DNA of 10,231 bases from Oligoflexus sp. (GTDB lineage Bacteria > Bdellovibrionota_B > Oligoflexia > Oligoflexales > Oligoflexaceae). The notes under the pieces are model-generated. The model did not search any database and was not told the DNA's origin. It worked only from the letters and a program-made list of their open reading frames with translations. Both the position numbers and the translations under genes were made by a program. The stretch spans positions 1 to 10,231 of the forward strand of contig JBGSTX010000111.1 of assembly GCA_041736305.1 (NCBI GenBank), in the 5' to 3' direction. Positions 1 to 8,343 of this stretch are shown piece by piece; within the stretch, counting starts at the first letter, position 1, and each line of letters begins with the position of its first letter.

Positions 1-303
1 ATCTATGCTAAGACGATACTCGGCGCCAACTACTCGCCCTGCTACGATTCCTATGCCCCCCTGTCGGTGACGAAGCAAGGGATATACCGTTACATTCGGC
101 ATCCGATATATACATCGAACATAATGAATCTGATAGGAGTAGCCTGCTTCACAGGTTCCTATATATTTGCTGCTAATGCTCTAATTCTTGGCTTTTACTA
201 CTGGCGTTCGGCACGTAGAGAAGAAGCGGCACTGACCCGTCTATTTCCAGAGTATGGCGTATACCAGCAGCAGGCGGGGATGTTCTTTCCTAAGTGGAAC
301 TGA
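1..303 (+). CDS. Isoprenylcysteine carboxyl methyltransferase (ICMT/Ste14/PEMT)-family integral membrane methyltransferase, 5'-truncated by the window edge
   Basis: Frame 1 is open from base 1 (IYAKTILGANYSPCYDSYAPLSVTKQGIYRYIRHPIYTSN...) to TGA at 301-303, so the GTG at 67 is an internal codon. It carries the family motifs GxYRYIRHPxY, a hydrophobic segment, and C-terminal REExxLxxxFxEYxxYxxxxxxFFP. Substrate unknown. Confidence 0.88.
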   Translation: MYAKTILGANYSPCYDSYAPLSVTKQGIYRYIRHPIYTSNIMNLIGVACFTGSYIFAANALILGFYYWRSARREEAALTRLFPEYGVYQQQAGMFFPKWN

Positions 304-306
304 CCA

Positions 307-1530
307 TCAACTGACCTGTTTGTACACGCTGACTTCTCCCTGTTTGATCTTAGTGCTATCGCTAGGGCGGATCACTGATCGCACGAGCCTATGGCTGGGG
401 ATTCTTGCTGCATCCTTGGCGACAATAATCGGGAAGTCCTCTCCGTTTCTAAGCTTCTTGGCAAGCTCCTGGAAACGCTTCGCTTCGACGATCACATGAC
501 CATAGACATCTGGAGATTTCAGTCCGTTAGGGCCGAGCAGGCCCACTATATTGTGACCCCAGGAAACCCCTAGATCATAGAGTAGGTCGGGAGCACACTC
601 GGCCCGCGCCTGCACAAAGATATCGAGAGCCAGGCGCTGAGAGATAGCCATGATTTCATCTGCCAACCTGGGGAGTTGCTCTAGATCATGAGAGTAGAGA
701 ATGACATTGATCTCGTCACCGTGGGTCTTGACCATTTTTCGAGTTCGCGGTGCCATCTGCTCAACAGCTTTGTTGACGAGATCGAAGAACTTATTGATTT
801 TAGCATGGGCATCCCCCGCATTAGCTTCGAAAAAGCACTGCGAGTTGCGGATATCAGCAGTGAGTATGGCCACCGCCGACATGCGGGGTGGGAAGATGTC
901 GTCCATACGCTGATCCTGTCTTCTCACAGTCAATGCGAAAGCTGAATCCGCATCGAAGATAACCCTTTTATTCTTGTAGTCCGTATAGAGCATCGTGGCA
1001 AAAACACGGCGCTGGGCGGCGCATACAGCCGCCGCGAACATAGTTGAGATGGTCAGGAGGTGAGCGTCAGTCCCGAGACGTAGAGACAAAGCGCTGTAGG
1101 AAACTAAGGAGAAAACTATAAACGATAGATTGAGCATCCGAAATGGCGAAGTGAAGAGACAGATAGCCATCACACTGATGATATTCCCGAAGAGAACTAT
1201 CTTAAAGTCACCCTTTGGGCAGACGATGAGAAAGTACTGATACCAGAGGCTCGATATGATCATAACCGAAAGTGACACGGGAGCGATGACCCTGTATCCT
1301 CTGGGATGCTTGTGAACATCGTAGCGATGGGTCATGAGCGCTGCCGCAGTCAGGAGGCAGACCATCGTTAAGCGATGGGGTAAATACAATGTGAAATGAT
1401 TAGAGAAGAGAATGAGGTCGAAAGCTGCGAGTACGGCCAGTCCGACGATAGACGCAATAACGCCGAAATAAAAGTAGTAGGGAAGATTATTTCTTTCCCA
1501 CTTGGCTAATATTTGCGCTGCGCTCGCCAT
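307..1530 (-). CDS. Membrane-anchored class III adenylate/guanylate cyclase domain protein (407 aa)
   Basis: About six hydrophobic segments in residues ~17-175, then a cyclase homology domain: VAILTADIRNS (metal-binding D226), VKTHGDEI (K268, D272), LGVSWG..IVGLLG, PDVYG (D341), EAKRFQE (R352). K268 and D341 are the ATP-type specificity residues. AAGGCGG lies upstream of the ATG as a possible RBS. Confidence 0.85.
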   Translation of the reverse strand: MASAAQILAKWERNNLPYYFYFGVIASIVGLAVLAAFDLILFSNHFTLYLPHRLTMVCLLTAAALMTHRYDVHKHPRGYRVIAPVSLSVMIISSLWYQYFLIVCPKGDFKIVLFGNIISVMAICLFTSPFRMLNLSFIVFSLVSYSALSLRLGTDAHLLTISTMFAAAVCAAQRRVFATMLYTDYKNKRVIFDADSAFALTVRRQDQRMDDIFPPRMSAVAILTADIRNSQCFFEANAGDAHAKINKFFDLVNKAVEQMAPRTRKMVKTHGDEINVILYSHDLEQLPRLADEIMAISQRLALDIFVQARAECAPDLLYDLGVSWGHNIVGLLGPNGLKSPDVYGHVIVEAKRFQELAKKLRNGEDFPIIVAKDAARIPSHRLVRSVIRPSDSTKIKQGEVSVYKQVS

Positions 1531-1668
1531 CTAAACCGCCTTGAACCTAGTACTTCTCGATCTTTGCTTCAAGATCAAGATCGTCCCTTTAGCGTCAGGC
1601 TTGAGGAATGCTTAATTTATATTTGATATCATGTAGTTGGAGAGGTGTTTAGGGCTGGCTCATCTCCA

Positions 1669-1687
1669 GGGAAAGGCTGTTTTTCCC
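1669..1687 (-). terminator. Short hairpin just downstream of the lhr stop; possible weak terminator or mRNA-end stem
   Basis: GGGAAA (1669-1674) / TTTCCC (1682-1687) with a 7-nt loop, 7 nt after the lhr stop codon. No U-tract follows on the minus strand, so it is not a canonical intrinsic terminator. Confidence 0.25.
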
Positions 1688-1694
1688 GGAAATG

Positions 1695-4600
1695 CTACTT
1701 CCTGAAAATCTCCCGCCAGTTCTTAAGCGGTGCCGTTCGAGGGCCTTCGGATCCCACTTCAAGGTTTAAAGGCTGTGCACTCCTAGCGGTCCCAATAAAA
1801 GGATCGTGCCGGCGAAACATTCCATTCAGTCGCAATGCCCTCTCGATATCAGCCTTGAGTTCCGTAGAAAGCTCAAGATCACTGCAAAAGTGAATTTCGC
1901 TCCGCTCCTTCCAAGCAACAAAATGTCCTTTCCAAAGGGCGACTCGATTATTCGATAGCTTGGCAAGCTTCGTTCCGCTGCCCACTATACCCATGAGATT
2001 AGCGGGATCGCTCGCGGAGAGGATGATAAAATCTTCATCCGACTTATCTTCACGGAGCGCTCGTAGCTGCTCCACCGTTTCGTTGAGAGCAAACTGCTCG
2101 CCTCCGACCTTATCCACAAATCGCCCGCCACGAATTTGCCCTCTCGCTTCCAAGGTACGGTAGAAGGGTACGAGTTCGCCCCAATGAGGAGCCAGTTCCT
2201 CTCTTTGCAGGAGATCGCGAAAGACGATGCCGTAGCGCTTCAGCAGCTGCCAAGCCCAGGCTTCAATCGTATCTTCGCGCAAGGCGTAGCTGAGTAAACC
2301 TGCAAAAGGTGCAAATCGGCCGCCGCTGTGAAAGTCGCTTTCGTAACGCAGATGCCGATGGCCGCGCCCACTGCTTCCTGACTTTAACTTGCGATCCGGA
2401 TTGATGAGAGGACGAATCGCCGCGAAACTGTCTGCATGAACCAGTCCCATACTGATCAGCTCACTCAAAGCGTCTTGGAGCTGCGAAGGAAGAAGCTTCG
2501 TAAGAGTTTGGAGTTCGTCGAAGAAGAGAGCCCCCCTCTGCTCCATCTGCGTCCAGAGGACTCTAGCTTTCTCACTGAGTCGTTCGGGAGCTAAGCCGCG
2601 ATTTTCAGGAATCAGCCAAGGCATTGCCCCACGTTGCATAAAGCTGATCTTGGTCTGCCGCGTGAACAGACGATTGCTATTGGGCTTCTCGCTATTTGCA
2701 AGAGAGACGCGGACCCGGCCCCAGAGGGTCTGACCGCTGAGACAGAGCTGATCAAGATCGCGCGAACTGAAGTCCTCCAAACGAGAGAGCAGCAGCTCGT
2801 TTTCCCAAACCACCGCTGGCGCTTCAACACCCTGCAGTCGATCGATAGTTGCTCTGAGACCCTCTAAGCCCCGGAGTTTGGTCGAAGGAGAGAGACCTTG
2901 ATGGCGGGCGAGAAAGCGCAAATAAACAGGTGCAGCCACGGCCTTGATCTGCTCCCGTAGACCCTCCACAGTGAGTCGATGCATGCGCTGAAGCAGACGG
3001 CGCTCGCACCACTCTCTCTCACCTTCACTTTGCCTGCCCTGAAAGTGCCCAGAAAGGATCACACCCTCACTCTCGAGCACCTGGAGGCTGGCTGACACGA
3101 GAGCTGGATCGATAGTAAATTCCGCCGCCAACTCGCTGCTGCGCATAGGCCCCCGGCATTCCAAATGCCCGCGTAGGAGAGCTTTGAGAGCTTTGGTCTG
3201 CTCCTCCCAGGCGATAGGGTCCTGGCCTCGAGCGGAAAGAGGATCGAGATAGAGCGAGGCCACAGCTTCCAGGCGTTCATGGACCGCATAGTAGTTCTGG
3301 CTATTCTGATGGATAAGAGCCACTCGCTTCGATTTTAGCAGCATAGCTAGATGGGAAGAATAAAGAGCCAAGTGCTTCTCATCCATCAAAACCATCTGCT
3401 TTATTGCATCGTAGAGCTCGTCGGGATCTCTGATAAGCGGCCAGGCTTCGCTGACCACCTGCGAGATCGCACCTGGCGAGAGCGTAGCTAGCTCCTGAAA
3501 AGCCTCAGGGCTCAGTGCCCGTCGCGTACTCAGGGCTCGCACCCGCCGCTCTTCCAAGGGCGCATCGTCGAGAAAGGCGTAAGGATTAGCATGGATCAGC
3601 TCATAGCAGAACGGCGAGGGTTCGCGTGTATCCCGGGCAATGAGCTCGATCTCTTTTCGATCGATTCTGTGCATGAGCTCTTCGAAACGCCGAGCATCCA
3701 TCGCCTCTTGCAGACAGTCGTCGACAGTCTGCCGCACGAGCGGATGATCAGGCACTTCGAGATCGCCGGTTCTATGTTCGAAGCATTGTGTCTGGCCAGG
3801 AAAGACGGCAGTCAAGAGATCGTTGGCCTGATAGCGTTGCAGATGCGGCGGCACGCGCTTGCCCGCCTTGCTCCTCAAAACTGCCAGCGAGCGGGTCGCA
3901 TTCCAGCGCCAGCGGATCTCAAACATCGGCACATCGAGCAGAGCCTGCACGAGTATCTCGCGGCAATTGCGAGCGTTGAGCATGCCGAACATAGATTCCA
4001 GCGGAAAGCTTTGATTAGGACCTACCGAGAGAAGCAGTCCATTATCAGTCGCACATGCCTGGAGTTCGAAATCAAAGCCTCGGCAAAAACGTTTGCGAAA
4101 AGCGAGTCCCCAGGCGCGATTGATGCGGCTACCGAAGGGGGCGTGAACGATGAGCTGCATCCCGCCGGTTTCATCGAAGAAACGTTCGTAGACCACTCGG
4201 GTCTGCGTTGGGAGGAGTCCGATCGCCATTTTCTGTGCGGCCAAATAAGCCGCCGCCTGCTTAGCCGCTACGGTCGAGATTCCATAGGTCTGGGTGAGAG
4301 CCTCCAGCAGGGGCTGACAATGCTGATCCCAGCGCTCTTTCTTACCTAGCTCACCGAGCCCCTCCCATTCTGGTTCGACGGCTGGAAGTATAGCTTCGGC
4401 CTCAGCGCGCAAGCGAGCTAGTTCTCCCGAAAGCTCATAGGTCCGGCCACCCGCCTCGCCCTTCCAGAAGGGTATCGTCGGGGGAGCTCCCTGCAGATCT
4501 TTGACCTGCAGAACATCGCCCTTTAGACCTTGAATCTGCCAGGAATGATTACCGAGAAGAAAAACATCGCCGCGATTACTTTCGAGAGCAAACTCTTCAT

Positions 4601-6146
4601 CAACCGTGCCGACCATGCTCTCATCGCCGACATTCATGACTCGATAGAGATTTTGCTCGGGAATTGCCCCTCCCGAGCAGATGACTGCCAAGCGAGCATT
4701 GCGACGTGGTCTCAAGACTTTATTGAGTTTGTCCCAGTGCAGATATGCCCCGCGGCGCGTACTCTCACCGAGCCCTTCACTCAACCAGCTGAGGATTTTT
4801 TCGAGCGTTTCCATAGTGAGATCGCGATATGGGTAGGCTCGCTGACAAACGCTGAGTACATCTTCTGGAGAGAGCTCCTCGCAAGCTACGATACTCACGA
4901 CATGCTGAGCGAGAATATCAATAGCTTGCTCGGGTATCTCCACGGTATCCATCGAGCCCTCGCGGTAGGCCCGCATGAGAGCTAAACATTCTATCAACTC
5001 GTCGCGCGTCAAAGCAATCAAACGCGCTTTTGGACGCAAGCCAAGGGCATGCCCCGAACGACCGACCCGCTGTACGAAGCCGGCGATCGATCGCGGTGAA
5101 CCGACCTGACAAACGAGGTCTATCGTTCCCACATCGATACCTAGTTCGAGGGAAGCCGTGGCCACGATAGCTTTTATTGTGCCTTTTTTTAAGCGGTCTT
5201 CAGCTTCAAAGCGTTTCTCTTTCGAAAGACTTCCATGGTGACATGCAATCGCATCCTCACCGAGCATCTCGCTGAGCTGAAAAGTGATCCGTTCGGCCAT
5301 GCGCCGCGTGTTGACGAAGATGAGGCTGCTGCGGTGCTCTTCGATCAAGCTGGCCAGCTTCTGATAAATCTCAGCCCACATTTCGTGGCTACAGACAGCA
5401 TTGAGTTCTATGTCCGGCAACAAGAGGTCGAGGTCAGCGTCCCTCTGTCGAGAAACATCGATGATCTCACAGGGCCGTTGAACGCCGACCAAGAAGCTCG
5501 CAATGAGATCGAGAGGCTTCTGCGTTGCTGAAAGTCCGATGCGCACCAGCTCATCGGGACAAAGCCTTTGCAGATGCTCAAGGCTGAGGCTCAGGTGCGA
5601 ACCCCGTTTGTCCCGCGCCAACGCGTGAATCTCATCGACAATGACGGTATGAGCCGTCTTCAGCACATTCCGCGCTTTCGCTGAGTTCATCATTAGGAAA
5701 AGCGATTCGGGCGTCGTCACCAGAATATGGGGTGGATGCTTGACGATGCGGGCTCGCTCGACCGGAGTGGTATCGCCGGTCCTCAGCCCGATGCGAATAG
5801 CTTGAGGACGCAGACCTGCGCTTGTCAGCCGTTCCATGATGGCTGCGAGCGGTTCCTCGAGGTTTTTCTTGATGTCGTTGCTCAAAGCCCGAAGCGGAGA
5901 CAGATAAATAATTTGAACGCCAGGCTGCTGGTCGAGATCGCCGCGCAGTGATTGCTGCACGAGCTGATCGATAGCGACGAAGAAAGCTGCTAAGGTCTTG
6001 CCACCCCCGGTCGGTGCCGCAATCAGAGTGTTGACTCCTGCACGAAGTAAAGGCCAACCCTGTTCTTGGGCAGGAGTCGGAGCTTTAAATCGTTCTATGA
6101 ACCACGACCAGACCAAAGGATGAAAGCCAGCAGCTAAGGCATCCAT
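1695..6146 (-). CDS. lhr: Lhr-family (long form) ATP-dependent SF2 DEAD/DEAH-box helicase, 1483 aa
   Basis: Q-motif region (WF...F..PTPAQ), motif I APTGGGKT, Ia SPLRALSND, RTGDT, LVTTPESL, II DEIH followed by KRG, III SAT, FVNTRR, HHGSLS, ATASLELGIDVG, VI QRVGRSGH. Lhr-specific GGAIP and PFWKGE motifs and a long C-terminal region (LLKRYG, LEARGQIRGGRFV..VGGEQFA, LSASDPANL). AAGGAG lies 11 nt upstream of the ATG, within the end of the upstream gene. Confidence 0.95.
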   Translation of the reverse strand: MDALAAGFHPLVWSWFIERFKAPTPAQEQGWPLLRAGVNTLIAAPTGGGKTLAAFFVAIDQLVQQSLRGDLDQQPGVQIIYLSPLRALSNDIKKNLEEPLAAIMERLTSAGLRPQAIRIGLRTGDTTPVERARIVKHPPHILVTTPESLFLMMNSAKARNVLKTAHTVIVDEIHALARDKRGSHLSLSLEHLQRLCPDELVRIGLSATQKPLDLIASFLVGVQRPCEIIDVSRQRDADLDLLLPDIELNAVCSHEMWAEIYQKLASLIEEHRSSLIFVNTRRMAERITFQLSEMLGEDAIACHHGSLSKEKRFEAEDRLKKGTIKAIVATASLELGIDVGTIDLVCQVGSPRSIAGFVQRVGRSGHALGLRPKARLIALTRDELIECLALMRAYREGSMDTVEIPEQAIDILAQHVVSIVACEELSPEDVLSVCQRAYPYRDLTMETLEKILSWLSEGLGESTRRGAYLHWDKLNKVLRPRRNARLAVICSGGAIPEQNLYRVMNVGDESMVGTVDEEFALESNRGDVFLLGNHSWQIQGLKGDVLQVKDLQGAPPTIPFWKGEAGGRTYELSGELARLRAEAEAILPAVEPEWEGLGELGKKERWDQHCQPLLEALTQTYGISTVAAKQAAAYLAAQKMAIGLLPTQTRVVYERFFDETGGMQLIVHAPFGSRINRAWGLAFRKRFCRGFDFELQACATDNGLLLSVGPNQSFPLESMFGMLNARNCREILVQALLDVPMFEIRWRWNATRSLAVLRSKAGKRVPPHLQRYQANDLLTAVFPGQTQCFEHRTGDLEVPDHPLVRQTVDDCLQEAMDARRFEELMHRIDRKEIELIARDTREPSPFCYELIHANPYAFLDDAPLEERRVRALSTRRALSPEAFQELATLSPGAISQVVSEAWPLIRDPDELYDAIKQMVLMDEKHLALYSSHLAMLLKSKRVALIHQNSQNYYAVHERLEAVASLYLDPLSARGQDPIAWEEQTKALKALLRGHLECRGPMRSSELAAEFTIDPALVSASLQVLESEGVILSGHFQGRQSEGEREWCERRLLQRMHRLTVEGLREQIKAVAAPVYLRFLARHQGLSPSTKLRGLEGLRATIDRLQGVEAPAVVWENELLLSRLEDFSSRDLDQLCLSGQTLWGRVRVSLANSEKPNSNRLFTRQTKISFMQRGAMPWLIPENRGLAPERLSEKARVLWTQMEQRGALFFDELQTLTKLLPSQLQDALSELISMGLVHADSFAAIRPLINPDRKLKSGSSGRGHRHLRYESDFHSGGRFAPFAGLLSYALREDTIEAWAWQLLKRYGIVFRDLLQREELAPHWGELVPFYRTLEARGQIRGGRFVDKVGGEQFALNETVEQLRALREDKSDEDFIILSASDPANLMGIVGSGTKLAKLSNNRVALWKGHFVAWKERSEIHFCSDLELSTELKADIERALRLNGMFRRHDPFIGTARSAQPLNLEVGSEGPRTAPLKNWREIFRK

Positions 6147-6148
6147 AA

Positions 6149-6961
6149 TTAGATCGTCTCCTTCATCAAAGCTTTGAAGTCTTCGAAGGAGCGCTGGTCT
6201 GCTTTAGCATTATAGGCTGCTCCCTTGCTATTATCCGCGCCTGCCGCTTTTTCTGTAAAGCTATGAACCGTTCCACCGTATTTCACGATTTGCCAGTCGA
6301 CTTTATGCGTGCGCATCTCGTTTTCGAAGGCTGCTAGGTCTTCGGCCTTTACGTAGGGATCGTCAGCACCATGGAGGGCGAGGACTTTAGCTTTAATGTT
6401 TTTGCCGTCTTCGGGACTGGGACTATCGAGACCCCCATGGAAGCTGGCGACGGCTTTGACATCGGCGCCTGCGCGCGCGAGTTCGATGACTCCAGTTCCT
6501 CCGAAGCAATAGCCAACTGCGACGAGCTTGCTCGTATCGACTCCGCTCTGAGCTTTAAGAGTGTCTAGGCCGAGCTGGAGTCGTTCCCGGAAGAGCGCGC
6601 GATTGCTCTTATATTTGCCGGACTCTTGACCTGCTTCTTCCGGATTTTTTGGTCTGACGCCTTTGCCGTAGATGTCAGCAGCAAAGACTACATAGCCGAG
6701 CTTGGCTATCCGCTCAGCCTGTGTTTTGGTTTCTTCGCTTACACCCATCCAGTTGTGAATCATCAAGATGCCGGGTCGCTTGCTCTGGCTTTGAGCGGTG
6801 GCTTTGCCGCTGGCGGGATAGACGAGCAGTCCGTCGAAAGTTTCATCGCCCTTTTGATAACTCACGGTCTTGCTTTTAACCGTCAGTTCCGCAGCAGCTG
6901 CGGTCGCCAGAGGCGAGAGACTTAGAAAAAGACCTAAAACTGCGAAGATGCTTGGTCTCAT
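6149..6961 (-). CDS. Dienelactone hydrolase family alpha/beta hydrolase with predicted Sec signal peptide (270 aa)
   Basis: Nucleophile elbow GYCFGG (Cys), HGADD (Asp) and HSFT (His), plus GYVVFAADIYG and SFHG. The N-terminus MRPSIFAVLGLFLSLSPLATAAAA looks like a signal peptide. Strong SD GAGGAGG (6972-6966) upstream of the ATG. Confidence 0.93.
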   Translation of the reverse strand: MRPSIFAVLGLFLSLSPLATAAAAELTVKSKTVSYQKGDETFDGLLVYPASGKATAQSQSKRPGILMIHNWMGVSEETKTQAERIAKLGYVVFAADIYGKGVRPKNPEEAGQESGKYKSNRALFRERLQLGLDTLKAQSGVDTSKLVAVGYCFGGTGVIELARAGADVKAVASFHGGLDSPSPEDGKNIKAKVLALHGADDPYVKAEDLAAFENEMRTHKVDWQIVKYGGTVHSFTEKAAGADNSKGAAYNAKADQRSFEDFKALMKETI

Positions 6962-7080
6962 ACTTCCTCCTCAGAAAAGAACCGTAAAAAAGTATGGAGA
7001 CGTTCGCATAGAATGGAGGAGGCGGCAAGTGGAAGAGAGGGTGGGATCGCCACCGTCTACAGATGTCCGAGCATCAGGGA

Positions 7081-8343
7081 TCAGGCGAAAAGAGCGTCGC
7101 GACGATTGACTCCGGTGCCGACCATTGTAATGGGCACACCGAGTAGCTCTTCTACACCCTTCACATAGGCGAGCGCATTCTTCGGCAAATCAGCGATCTT
7201 GCCTCCCTGCGGTAGAGCTTCGGTCCAGCCAGGAAAGGTCGTATAGATCGGGCGACAAGCATGGAGAACGGCTTCGTCCCAAGGAAATTCCTCAAGTCGT
7301 CCGAGCTGCGGATGCTCGTAGGCGACACAGACTTTGAGCTCTGGGAGGCCCGTGAGGATGTCCATCTTATTGAAAATGATCCCATCGAAGGCGCTGACAG
7401 CGGCGCTGTAGCGTAGGGCGACGAGGTCGAGCCAGCCGCAACGTCGTGGACGACCCGTGGTCGCTCCGAACTCATTACCGGACTTTGCTATAAAAGCACC
7501 TACTTCGTCCTTGAGTTCAGTAGGAAACGGGCCTTCACCGACCCGTGTCGCATAGGCTTTTGCGACCCCATAGATGTGCTCGATACTTTTAGGCGAGAAA
7601 CCAACGCTGGCAAAAGCGCCGCCTGCTGCCGTTTCACTCGAAGTAACGTAGGGATAGGTGCCATGATTGATATCGAGCAAAGCACCCTGCGCACCTTCCA
7701 TCAAGACGCCCTGACCGGCATCGATCGCTTTACGTAGCCGAGACTCAGCATCGGTGACGAAGGGTCCCAAGACAGCTGTCGCTGCATCAAATTGACGCCA
7801 GTCGTCCTGATGTAATTCTTGATGTTGGCTGAAACCCTGAGCGTGATGACGCATCATCTGGTACCAGGCTTCGCGCTTCGCATCCTGGACGTAATCGCCA
7901 AGGCGGAGTCCACTCCTATGGGCTTTATCGGCGTATGTGGGGCCTATGCCTCTTTTTGTAGTGCCAATGGGCTGCGATGCTTCCGTTTCTTTCTTGCTAT
8001 CCAGGTGGATGTGCCAAGGCGATATAACGTGGGCTCGTGCTGAAAGCCAAAGTCTGGCTGGGTCTAACTTAGCCAGTGTCTGAACTTTTTTCATCTCCTC
8101 GACCAGCTGATGAGGATTGACGACGACGCCGCTCGTGAGTGCGCTCAGTTTTCCTGGATGAAAAATCCCGCTGGGAATCTGATGAAGAACTACTTTCTGC
8201 CCCTCGACATAGAGGGTGTGACCCGCGTTGTTGCCACCTTGGTAGCGCGCGACCAAAGCGACCCTATCGGCCAAGATATCGATCCACTTCCCCTTGCCTT
8301 CGTCGCCCCATTGAGCGCCCACGAGGATGGTCACGTTTCCCAT
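7081..8343 (-). CDS. purA: Adenylosuccinate synthetase
   Basis: GAQWGDEGKGK P-loop, GGNNAGHT, GTTKRGIGPTYADK, EGAQG, GTYPYVTSS, TRVGEGPFPTE, GATTGRPRRCGWLD. I place the start at ATG 8343 (MGNVTILVG) rather than TTG 8349 because AAGGTG lies 7 nt upstream of that ATG. Confidence 0.98.
   Translation of the reverse strand: MGNVTILVGAQWGDEGKGKWIDILADRVALVARYQGGNNAGHTLYVEGQKVVLHQIPSGIFHPGKLSALTSGVVVNPHQLVEEMKKVQTLAKLDPARLWLSARAHVISPWHIHLDSKKETEASQPIGTTKRGIGPTYADKAHRSGLRLGDYVQDAKREAWYQMMRHHAQGFSQHQELHQDDWRQFDAATAVLGPFVTDAESRLRKAIDAGQGVLMEGAQGALLDINHGTYPYVTSSETAAGGAFASVGFSPKSIEHIYGVAKAYATRVGEGPFPTELKDEVGAFIAKSGNEFGATTGRPRRCGWLDLVALRYSAAVSAFDGIIFNKMDILTGLPELKVCVAYEHPQLGRLEEFPWDEAVLHACRPIYTTFPGWTEALPQGGKIADLPKNALAYVKGVEELLGVPITMVGTGVNRRDALFA

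Noticed and set aside
67..303. 78-aa ORF taken as a complete small protein
   Set aside because: The frame is open back to base 1, so it is the C-terminal part of a longer methyltransferase.
1623..1632. TTGATATCAT as an FNR/CRP-type site upstream of the cyclase
   Set aside because: It lacks the required spacer (FNR TTGAT-N4-ATCAA; CRP TGTGA-N6-TCACA).
4083..4098. PurR-box-like sequence (minus strand TCGCAAACGTTTTTGC)
   Set aside because: It lies mid-lhr, encodes the conserved RKRFC segment, and is about 4 kb from the pur promoters.
3591..4349. 252-aa plus-strand ORF, plus other plus-strand ORFs inside lhr (e.g. 4530-4985, 5235-5531)
   Set aside because: They lie fully antisense to a well-conserved lhr, have no recognisable motifs, and are the expected shadow of codon bias.
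1695..6146. Lhr as part of an anti-phage defence island
   Set aside because: It is the long housekeeping-type Lhr flanked by metabolic genes, with no nuclease, DNA methyltransferase, toxin or mobility genes in the window.
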